From the IMG/VR virus record IMGVR_UViG_3300028797_000105: DNA of 64,000 nucleotides. One strand, 5' to 3'. The stretch comes from an uncultured virus (IMG/VR IMGVR_UViG_3300028797_000105) (Duplodnaviria; Heunggongvirae; Uroviricota; Caudoviricetes). The notes beneath the pieces were generated by a model that was not told the DNA's origin, searched no databases, and saw only the letters and a list, made by a program, of their open reading frames with translations. The number at the start of each line of letters is the position of its first letter. Positions within the stretch are counted from its first letter, which is position 1. Position numbers and translations under genes: made by a program. Positions 56,860 to 64,000 of the stretch are shown here, one piece after another.

Positions 56860-57843
56860 TTAATTGTATTCTTTTAATACCACAACATTTACTTTATCTG
56901 TACTATAAATTTTATCTATGTATTTAGCTGGAAACGAATGAACAATTTTATATTTCCAATCATTATCATACAAATAAAAATCCGTAGGAAAATGCACAGC
57001 ATTATAAGTTGATTCATCTGTATTGACCCAAACAGAAATCCACTCACCATTTTTGTTTTTTTGGTACATTTTTAATTGATATACCGTATCATCATTAGAA
57101 TGTTTTATTCTTTTCTTAAAGCAAGCAATATTTGTTTTTGATAAACGGTAATTTATTTTCTCTTGTTCAATTTTATCATTCACGGTTACAATATCATAAA
57201 TTATAAGCGTATCGTGTGTTAAAAGATATTGATAAAATGATACGCTATCATAATGCGTAATTAATGTATCTTTCAACTGTTTTTCTTGAAAATAATATCC
57301 ATTTATATTATATGATACTGTTTTCGTTTTTGATTCCATCTTTTTATATTGAGATTTCTTTTCCGCAATATAATTAGTGTAAATATCCAAAACGGTATCA
57401 ACAGATATAATTTTATAATTTCCGTTATTTTTTGATTCAATTGTTTTGATATATGCTGTTGTCTCAATTTGCTTTAATTCGTTTTTATAATATGACATTT
57501 TTTTGCCAATAGCAAAATTGCCTTGTAATGATAGTGATTCTTCTGGCGTAATGGTGATTACCATATTGTCTTCAAGTGTAACGGCAACAATTAAATTATT
57601 ATTCGCATACAAATAATCTATGTTTTTTATTTGAGATGTAACAAGTGTAGGCGACATAACATAATTGTATCTTTTTGTTTTTTCGTATGTGTATTTAATT
57701 GTATCTGTGTAAATTGTATCTTTATCTACAATATCAGTATCATATAACACTTTAACGTGAAGCGTTGATACACTTTTGCAAGAAGAGAAGATAAATGCGA
57801 CAACCGCTGTTAATAACATAAGTTTTAAAAATTCTTTTTTCAT
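56860..57843 (-). CDS. Lipoprotein, very AT-rich
   Basis: MKKEFLKLMLLTAVVAFIFSSC signal peptide II / lipobox. Confidence 0.75.
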   Translation of the reverse strand: MKKEFLKLMLLTAVVAFIFSSCKSVSTLHVKVLYDTDIVDKDTIYTDTIKYTYEKTKRYNYVMSPTLVTSQIKNIDYLYANNNLIVAVTLEDNMVITITPEESLSLQGNFAIGKKMSYYKNELKQIETTAYIKTIESKNNGNYKIISVDTVLDIYTNYIAEKKSQYKKMESKTKTVSYNINGYYFQEKQLKDTLITHYDSVSFYQYLLTHDTLIIYDIVTVNDKIEQEKINYRLSKTNIACFKKRIKHSNDDTVYQLKMYQKNKNGEWISVWVNTDESTYNAVHFPTDFYLYDNDWKYKIVHSFPAKYIDKIYSTDKVNVVVLKEYN

Positions 57844-57897
57844 TTCTCTAAAATTTATTGTTTGTAATTCGTTACTGTGATTCATTTAATCACATCG

Positions 57898-57964
57898 CAA
57901 AAATACAAAAATATTCCGCATAAACAACAGTTTTACAAAAAAGTTATCAACAAAGTTATCAACA
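57898..57964 (-). promoter_or_regulatory. Host-type promoter with tandem 12-mer, copy 9
   Basis: TATTTTTGC plus (AAGTTATCAACA)x2. Confidence 0.75.
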
Positions 57965-58021
57965 AAAAAGCCGCCTGCTTATCAATAAACAGACGGCTTC
58001 AATAAAGGCGTATATAGAGTT

Positions 58022-58711
58022 TTATTTTATCAGTTGTGTTTTATGAACTGCCAAATGGTTTGCGACACTTCCCCAATCAACAAATATATAATATCCCAAT
58101 TGTTCTATAAGACCGAACAGACTGTTTCTTTTTTCTTCAGTCATACCAAAAACACCAACATCGAAACATTCAAATTGAATTGGCGGGTAATCGTTTCGCT
58201 TTATTGTTTCAATCCCACCACGAATAACATTTTCCTCCATACCTTCAACATCAATTTTGATAAAACCTATATCATTCAAGTTGTATGAATCTAATGTTTT
58301 ACAAGGAACAACGTGCCAATAATGACCGTTATTTGTTAGCACCTCACATTCGCCTTCAACATCGGATAACGCTACTTGGAATGTTTCGGTCGTTCCGCAT
58401 TTGTCGTGATTTAGTAAATTTGCGTGACAATTCCACAAGCACTCCTTATCTGGTTCAAACAAATATGCACCAGCGAAAGGTAGGCAGCATACGTGTTCTG
58501 CAATACCACCGCCAATGTCAATCATCTTTTTTGTGAAGTCAAAATAACCATCAGCATTATTCAATATTTTATTGATGACATTAACATCAATACAGTAACA
58601 GTCAACATAACCGCTATTCCAAGATATAAAAGCGTCAAGCGCATTTCTTGTGAAAAGCATACAGCCATTAAGACTTTTTTCTGTTTCTTGATATTTTTTT
58701 GAATATAACAT
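58022..58711 (-). CDS. FkbM-family SAM-dependent methyltransferase
   Basis: MIDIGG, FEP, VALSD, TLDS, FIKIDVEGME. Confidence 0.85.
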   Translation of the reverse strand: MLYSKKYQETEKSLNGCMLFTRNALDAFISWNSGYVDCYCIDVNVINKILNNADGYFDFTKKMIDIGGGIAEHVCCLPFAGAYLFEPDKECLWNCHANLLNHDKCGTTETFQVALSDVEGECEVLTNNGHYWHVVPCKTLDSYNLNDIGFIKIDVEGMEENVIRGGIETIKRNDYPPIQFECFDVGVFGMTEEKRNSLFGLIEQLGYYIFVDWGSVANHLAVHKTQLIK

Positions 58712-59448
58712 TATCTGTAATCTTTTATTGTAATATCGTTTGCGTTTATTTTTTGTGCAGTTCGTTGCCCAAGTTTGGCGAGTTTTTCAAATTCATACCA
58801 GTCTATCGGATTTTTAAACGACATAATGATTCCGCCATCTCTTGCAACATCTCTGACCTCATCAGTTTCAACAATGGTAAGTAAATCTTGTCTATCCTTT
58901 CTCCTACTCAACTTATGCAGGTAATCGTTTTCGTATTTTTCGGCAATATTACCAACGAATATTGGCGTGTTGCCAGCAATCATTCCACAAGAATGGTCAT
59001 ACAATTTCTCTCTGTTGACAAATATAATATCCTTGTTGGTAACGAATGTGATATAGTCAGCCTTGCCACGAACCCATCCAGTTCCCCCATATATATTTGC
59101 GAACTCAATATATTCTATGTTATAGTTGAAGTCATCATCTTGGCGGCGCAAGCGGCGTGGGCCTTTCACATCCATTGTTGTCCTTCTATCATCACCAGAA
59201 AACTTTGCCAACAAATCTATATGACAAATCCTATCAAGGTCTTCTTTTGTATATTTCCTGCCACGTCTGTCGTGAGTCTGCCCGTCAATGGTTATGTTAT
59301 CTGTCGGCAAATCGTTGATATGCGTGCATTTTGCACCAAATACATTTATCAAAACCTTTTGCACAAACCTCTCATAAAACCTTCCCATTGTCAGAAAATC
59401 TTGTATCTGCGAATCAAGAAAACCGAGATTGTCGTAATGCTGTTCCAT
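58711..59448 (-). CDS. Putative PD-(D/E)xK nuclease
   Basis: GRFYE...HIDLL...MDVK...IEF...GW..GKADY pattern. Confidence 0.65.
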   Translation of the reverse strand: MEQHYDNLGFLDSQIQDFLTMGRFYERFVQKVLINVFGAKCTHINDLPTDNITIDGQTHDRRGRKYTKEDLDRICHIDLLAKFSGDDRRTTMDVKGPRRLRRQDDDFNYNIEYIEFANIYGGTGWVRGKADYITFVTNKDIIFVNREKLYDHSCGMIAGNTPIFVGNIAEKYENDYLHKLSRRKDRQDLLTIVETDEVRDVARDGGIIMSFKNPIDWYEFEKLAKLGQRTAQKINANDITIKDYR

Positions 59449-59464
59449 AATACCATTTTGGATG

Positions 59465-59581
59465 TGGGGGTGGGTAGAGTCGAACTACCATATCAACGGT
59501 TTACAAGGATTTTTTGCTGCTTGGTTCTTTTGCAAGAATCTGACATCATCCGTTTGCCTAAACCAATTCGGCTACACCCCC
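59465..59581 (-). ncRNA. tRNA-like RNA 1 (117 nt) with a 50-nt expanded anticodon loop; tRNA-Tyr(GTA) if the insert is spliced
   Basis: Acceptor GGGGGTG/CACCCCC+A, D arm GCC-GAATTGGTTTA-GGC, stem AACGG/CCGTT, T arm GGTAG-TTCGACT-CTACC; no encoded CCA. Confidence 0.8.
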
Positions 59582-59605
59582 ATTATTGTTATATAATAAA
59601 AATTT

Positions 59606-59779
59606 CTATTTTTTGTTTGAGTGTTCGTTATTTTCTTTCTGTTGTCTCAAGAACTCAATATATTCTTCAGCAGTTGGTGAATCCACATCAAGTTCCTCAA
59701 TCTCGTTCACCTTTTCAAGAAACTCGTCATCACTCATATTATTCACGAGTTTTTCAAAATCATCAGACATCTTGCTCAT
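59606..59779 (-). CDS. 57-aa acidic protein (not in ORF track)
   Basis: MSKMSDDFEKLVNNMSDDEFLEKVNEIEEL...*. Confidence 0.55.
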   Translation of the reverse strand: MSKMSDDFEKLVNNMSDDEFLEKVNEIEELDVDSPTAEEYIEFLRQQKENNEHSNKK

Positions 59780-59999
59780 TTTTCAATTCCTCTATTTTTA
59801 AAACTATTGTGGAAAACAATGCTGTGTTTGTATCTATAATGGAAGATAACACATCCAGCACCAGCCTTCCGTATTGTTCTGTTTTCCACTTCGCCATTGC
59901 TTTCATAGCGTTTGCCGTTTCGCAATTTTTATTTACATTGATACAGTTACAGCCGCACGTACTGCAATAGTTCTTTTGTATAAATTCGTTATCTGTCAT
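59763..59999 (-). CDS. Small protein with CxxCxC..C
   Basis: Likely start MTDNEFIQKNYCSTCGCNC; the longer track ORF overlaps tRNA-like RNA 2. Confidence 0.55.
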   Translation of the reverse strand: MTDNEFIQKNYCSTCGCNCINVNKNCETANAMKAMAKWKTEQYGRLVLDVLSSIIDTNTALFSTIVLKIEELKNEQDV

Positions 60000-60035
60000 T
60001 TTATCCGTAGTTTCTATTTCGTAGTTTTTATTCCG

Positions 60036-60147
60036 TAGGCACGGGCGGACTCGAACCGCCGTACAAAAGTTTTTCTTAAATATCGCTGTCAGTTTCTTTG
60101 CAAGAAACATTTTCCGACTTTCGCCTTACCAACTCGGCCACGTGCCT
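60036..60147 (-). ncRNA. tRNA-like RNA 2 (112 nt) with a 46-nt expanded anticodon loop
   Basis: Acceptor AGGCACG/CGTGCCT+A, D arm GCC-GAGTTGGTAA-GGC, stem AAAGT/ACTTT, T arm GGCGG-TTCGAGT-CCGCC; no encoded CCA. Confidence 0.8.
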
Positions 60148-60153
60148 TACCGT

Positions 60154-61767
60154 TTATTGCTGGTCTCCGTAATTGTCGGCCATTTCAATATCAACAACGC
60201 CCTTGTCAATGTCAGCGGATTCTTTTTTCAAGAACGCAATGGTTTTCAGTTTGAAACATTCTTTAACTGGGTCGTTCTCAATACGAAGGCAGATGCCCTC
60301 ACGGGGAACTTTGATTTTGCACATAGGTTCGTCAAGTTCCATACCAAGCGTCTGCTTGTCGTTCTTCATAGCCTCAAGCACGGTTTCGTTCCAATGGTTT
60401 GCCTTGTCAATGTCTGGATAAAGGTCAGACAACTTGCCGTGATAGATTAACGGGTACGGCATAATGTTTTCTGAAACCTCTGGATATACCTTCAACAAAT
60501 CGTCCGTGAACTTGATGACCTCATCAATGTCATACTCACGATGCGTGCCGTCTTCCAGTTTTTCGCTAACTCGGTAAATCATCAGCTTGTTCTTGCCTTT
60601 CTCACATCCGTAGTCATAATTCTTCTGAATCATTTTGTCAGAGCCATTGAGGTAGCCGACAATCTCACCATAGATTGTAATATTCTGCGGGATTTTGCCT
60701 TTCAACAGTTCGTTGTACTCACCCCACACATCAACAGAGTAGAAGCCTCCGTTCACCTGCTTGTTGATATATTGGTTTTTAATAACTGTGCGAGAAGAAT
60801 ACACATTGTAGTATTCGGTATCAAAATTCTTGAACTTGCGGTTTTCCAGTTTGGTTGATTTCTTTTGCAACTTGGAAATTTCCATTGTGTCGGAATCAGA
60901 CAAACCAGTTTCTTCGGAACGCTTGTTGATACGACCGATTTGACGTTCAATATTTTTGATTTTGCGGTCTTTGATTCCGTTGAAGAAATCACGAATCTTG
61001 TTCATAAGCGTTGGCTTCTTGACAAGAATGTTGCCCAAAACAATAGATGTTCCGTGTACTTTTACAGACAGATAAACAACGCTTTCTGGATTGAGTCTCC
61101 ACATATTGCTATTAAGCTGGGCCGTGTCGTAATGAAAGGCAAATTCACCTTCAAGCATACGGTCAAACCTCTTGATTTTGTTGTTTCTCTTTCCGCTGCC
61201 GCCGCCACTTCTCACTGGATTGGTTTTTGGTACATACGCCTTGATAAACAACTTATCGTTGATTGTGTCAAAATCAAACGGAACGAAATTACCGTTTTCG
61301 TCATACTTGACATAATCGGCAAGATTTACGCCAGAAAGGTCTGCATCCCAGTTCACAAATGATTCAAGACGCATAAGAACGCCCATAGACGGACAGCCAC
61401 GAAGACGAATCATTTTGACACGGCCATTCTTGTTGAAATAACCTACCATTTTCTTCGCTTCGTCAGACTTTCCTTCAGCCATAAGTTTTTCAACTTCCTC
61501 GTGGTTTGCGTTGCGTTCACGCTCACCAATCTCATACATATTATTGACTGAAAGGAACTGTGAGTTAAGTTCGGTTTCGTTCTTGCAGTAAATCATATAA
61601 TCGCCTTCCTTAACGTCATTCTTGTTTACTACAACAGAAAAGCCGTCAATGATTACCTGCTTCAAGTTGTCGGAGTTCTCAATATCCTTGAGTTCCCCTA
61701 CCCTAACAATGGTAGCAGAATACTCCTGCTTGAAATTTTCTGATTTTGTAAAAATGTTTTTCATCAC
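60154..61767 (-). CDS. ATP-dependent RNA ligase (Rnl2/DRB0094-like) with an N-terminal OB-like domain
   Basis: Motif I KVHGTS, IYGEIVG, REGICLR, FKLK; N-terminal RVKMIRLRG..SMG. Confidence 0.85.
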   Translation of the reverse strand: MMKNIFTKSENFKQEYSATIVRVGELKDIENSDNLKQVIIDGFSVVVNKNDVKEGDYMIYCKNETELNSQFLSVNNMYEIGERERNANHEEVEKLMAEGKSDEAKKMVGYFNKNGRVKMIRLRGCPSMGVLMRLESFVNWDADLSGVNLADYVKYDENGNFVPFDFDTINDKLFIKAYVPKTNPVRSGGGSGKRNNKIKRFDRMLEGEFAFHYDTAQLNSNMWRLNPESVVYLSVKVHGTSIVLGNILVKKPTLMNKIRDFFNGIKDRKIKNIERQIGRINKRSEETGLSDSDTMEISKLQKKSTKLENRKFKNFDTEYYNVYSSRTVIKNQYINKQVNGGFYSVDVWGEYNELLKGKIPQNITIYGEIVGYLNGSDKMIQKNYDYGCEKGKNKLMIYRVSEKLEDGTHREYDIDEVIKFTDDLLKVYPEVSENIMPYPLIYHGKLSDLYPDIDKANHWNETVLEAMKNDKQTLGMELDEPMCKIKVPREGICLRIENDPVKECFKLKTIAFLKKESADIDKGVVDIEMADNYGDQQ

Positions 61768-61775
61768 TTATGTTT

Positions 61776-62372
61776 TTAAATTGTTCCTAATTCCTTAAAA
61801 TCGTAAAGCCGTTTCACATTACCGCAGTCACAACAATTTTTCTTGAGTTCATCAAGATAGATTGCAAAAGTAACAAGATAATAATACACATCATTATTGC
61901 TGATTGTACTTGAAATCCACGCTCGTCCACCGTATCGGTCTTCCAGATGTGAAATCACATCCATAACGTGACGCAAAGATTGTCTTGACACACGGGTAAC
62001 TCCGTTAAGGCCATTTACTATATGAACAACGCCGCACAAACACATTTCACTTGCTTCTGTAACAACAATATCTGATACGCTCAAACGCTCGTGCTTGTTT
62101 AAGTTTTTGTAATCAGTAAGCCATTTGGAAAACTCCACCATAATTGGGGCGAATGTATCTTTTTTAGATAAATTGTTTCTGCCGTTTTCGTTTAGCCAGC
62201 ACACACGACTTATGTTTGCCATAGGTTCTGCGCCAACAGCATTGAACAAATCATAATGGTTTTTCCTCGTAAAGTTGGATGATAATTCTTCAAACGCCTC
62301 GTCCCTTGTGAGTACAGAATCAACACACCAAGAATCATTTTGCATATTTTTGTTTTTTATGTCTTCTGCCAT
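61776..62372 (-). CDS. Hypothetical protein
   Basis: 198-aa ORF in the operon. Confidence 0.65.
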   Translation of the reverse strand: MAEDIKNKNMQNDSWCVDSVLTRDEAFEELSSNFTRKNHYDLFNAVGAEPMANISRVCWLNENGRNNLSKKDTFAPIMVEFSKWLTDYKNLNKHERLSVSDIVVTEASEMCLCGVVHIVNGLNGVTRVSRQSLRHVMDVISHLEDRYGGRAWISSTISNNDVYYYLVTFAIYLDELKKNCCDCGNVKRLYDFKELGTI

Positions 62373-62383
62373 AATTTCATATT

Positions 62384-62794
62384 TTATGATTCATCTTTTT
62401 TGTTATATTTGTTGAATTTGAAGTGGTCATAAAATTCTGGCTGTTTCCAGTAATTTATTGATTTGACCAATTCATTAACATCGTGCATCATTGTGTCATA
62501 ATCTTCAAACGCATCTTCCGAATATATGCCGATACAGAACTGTGGCGTTCTTTCAACATCTATTGTTTCAATAGTCACATCCCAAAGTGATTTTGCGGGC
62601 AGATACCTTCTGTCCAGTGCCCTTGCAATAACTGCCATTGAATATGGGTTGTCTGTATAAAGATACACAACATACTTGCGTTTCAAATGGCCACAGCAAG
62701 ATTCAAATGTTCTTACGTCTGGCAAGGTGTTGAGGGCATCGCACAATGGTATGCACTCCTTGTCCATAAAAATGTCGTACTTGATTTCTTCCAT
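62384..62794 (-). CDS. Hypothetical protein with a TFESCCGH motif
   Basis: MDKECIPLCDALN...TFESCCGH, reminiscent of the TYW3/Taw3 N-terminal T.SSC.G motif. Confidence 0.65.
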   Translation of the reverse strand: MEEIKYDIFMDKECIPLCDALNTLPDVRTFESCCGHLKRKYVVYLYTDNPYSMAVIARALDRRYLPAKSLWDVTIETIDVERTPQFCIGIYSEDAFEDYDTMMHDVNELVKSINYWKQPEFYDHFKFNKYNKKDES

Positions 62795-62811
62795 AAGATT
62801 AAATTTTATTT

Positions 62812-62885
62812 ATTAAAAAAGTGTTTTTTGTTGTTTTTTATTATTTGCTTTGTTTATTCGTTTCTCTGCAATGTCAAAGTATTTT
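62812..62885 (-). pseudogene. C-terminal remnant of an N6/N4 DNA methyltransferase
   Basis: Frame reads KYFDIAEKRINKANNKKQQKTLF* with no start. Confidence 0.45.
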
Positions 62886-63098
62886 TATATTTAGTTCAAC
62901 TTCTACGGGTCCTGTTTCTGTTTTGATTTCAACAAACAAATTGTTTTTATAGTCTGCTAATGCAGCACCACGTTTTCCATCTTCGTCAATCCAATGATTA
63001 CATTCAATTCTAATAGGTTTTTTACGGAAAAACGTCAAAAAGCAACCCATTACTGGTTCTCTTACAAGCCAACCATTTATCTTTTCTTCGTTTGCCAT
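62874..63098 (-). CDS. Hypothetical protein
   Basis: GWLVRE..F..KP.R....W..PVEVEL. Confidence 0.6.
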   Translation of the reverse strand: MANEEKINGWLVREPVMGCFLTFFRKKPIRIECNHWIDEDGKRGAALADYKNNLFVEIKTETGPVEVELNIKIL

Positions 63099-63218
63099 AT
63101 TATAATATGTTTATTCATTAAATACAAATCACAAGACTAAAATATAGTTCCGATTTCTAATAGTCAAAAACATTATTCTTTTGTTTCGTGATAATGTTCT
63201 ATGATTCCATACTCACCA

Positions 63219-63467
63219 CTAATTCCTTTTGATATTTTTGTCGTTTTTGGTAAATTCGTAATGACTTTTCATATATCTGTTAAACGCATCTTTACACAAC
63301 TTTTGCATTCTTGCCTCTTTTTCTTCTGGTGAGTAATATAGTGTCTTATATTTTTCATACAAATTTTTATAGAGGTTCACATCATCGCTTCTCAAATACC
63401 AGCCAAGAAGCAACCCAAGTCCAATGCAGGAAACAATAGTAATTATATCAAAAATTAAACTTTCCAT
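63219..63467 (-). CDS. Small membrane protein
   Basis: Likely start MESLIF; one TM helix. Confidence 0.55.
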   Translation of the reverse strand: MESLIFDIITIVSCIGLGLLLGWYLRSDDVNLYKNLYEKYKTLYYSPEEKEARMQKLCKDAFNRYMKSHYEFTKNDKNIKRN

Positions 63468-63474
63468 ATCCAAT

Positions 63475-63795
63475 TTATTGTTTATCGTACTTTGTTTTGT
63501 TATCTCTATTTTTTCCAATATGGTAGCCGTCACAAAACAGACATTTATAATATGAGAAATGCGTGTTGTGCTTCTTCCCCATTTTTTCAGCAGATTTACA
63601 AGCGGTCTTGACCGTGTTATATGTTACCTTTGGCTGTCCAGTATGCTGGTTGATATGTGAGTTCAACGAAAACGCACCCCAAGCGTTACCAGTTATAAAA
63701 AAGTTTCTTATAACTCGTTTGCGCTTAACTTGGTCGCCAAACCAAATCTTAAAGTTTCTCCATTTAATCTTATCCAAATTTAACAGCATAATCAC
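63475..63795 (-). CDS. Zn-finger protein (YxCxxCxxxHIG)
   Basis: KVTYNT..YYKCLFCDGYHIGKN. Confidence 0.7.
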   Translation of the reverse strand: MIMLLNLDKIKWRNFKIWFGDQVKRKRVIRNFFITGNAWGAFSLNSHINQHTGQPKVTYNTVKTACKSAEKMGKKHNTHFSYYKCLFCDGYHIGKNRDNKTKYDKQ

Positions 63796-63992
63796 TCAAT
63801 TTCATTTATCTGCTTTCGCAGGTTATACTTCACCCATTTCATTTCCAGTTTTGCACCAACATCCATAGGTAGTGTTGGCTCGTGTTTGATTGCATCAATA
63901 AGGGCATCTATACATCTTGTCGCCAGCATTAGTCCGCAACCAGTTTCATCACGCAGATATTTGGCAAATTCAAGTTTTCTATTAGTATCCAT
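63792..63992 (-). CDS. Small protein with an EF-Ts N-terminal/L7-L12-like helix motif
   Basis: AKYLRDETGCGLMLATRCI. Confidence 0.5.
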   Translation of the reverse strand: MDTNRKLEFAKYLRDETGCGLMLATRCIDALIDAIKHEPTLPMDVGAKLEMKWVKYNLRKQINEIE

Positions 63993-64000
63993 ATCAATCA

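Noticed and set aside
3575..57964. Replication origin or iteron cluster from DnaA-box-like repeats
   Set aside because: The pairs are dispersed and locked to promoter boxes rather than clustered.
51918..59970. Long plus-strand ORFs (51918-52616, 52632-53564, 54772-55671, 58888-59970)
   Set aside because: They are antisense shadows of well-supported minus-strand genes or RNAs and show no recognisable motifs.
59502..60116. Group I/II introns in the tRNA-like genes
   Set aside because: Inserts of about 40 nt are far too short for a ribozyme core.
59465..60147. Calling them ordinary tRNA-Cys genes from the TTGCAAA loop
   Set aside because: That hairpin sits inside an additional stem plus large internal loops, so the geometry is not a canonical cloverleaf.
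1..64000. Stop-codon reassignment (TAG to Gln, as in Lak and some crAss-like phages)
   Set aside because: Known enzymes are full length in code 11, and TAG ends genes at natural boundaries (e.g. 20804, 38506, 51486, 56334).

Overview
A 64-kb, AT-rich, gene-dense segment of a T4-superfamily-like jumbo phage that very probably infects a Bacteroidetes host such as Prevotella or Bacteroides. Evidence: gp21-type prohead protease, gp41-type helicase, gp43-type PolB, T4 late promoters (TATAAATA) and Bacteroidetes -7 promoter boxes (TAnnTTTG). It uses standard code 11. Main observations: (1) two tRNA-shaped RNAs whose anticodon loop is replaced by a 46-50 nt insert sharing a TTCTTGCAAA hairpin and a CAGC motif. 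They lie between an RNA ligase and a PD-(D/E)xK nuclease plus methyltransferase, with a CCA-adding enzyme and Thg1 nearby. This is the best candidate for an undescribed system. (2) PolB is broken into three permuted genes, two of them joined by a split intein with a Vsr-like homing endonuclease between the halves. (3) A helicase C-half carries an atypically long C-intein whose partner is not in the window. (4) A pncA-pncB-Nudix NAD-salvage operon, metK, nrdG and RimK. (5) A protease-scaffold fusion with 16 14-aa repeats, and many late proteins with capsid-targeting-like N-termini. (6) A TnpB-less omega-RNA-like mini-element and a separate tnpB remnant. (7) Three recurring promoter classes. All functional calls come from motif recognition by eye; no database searches were run.
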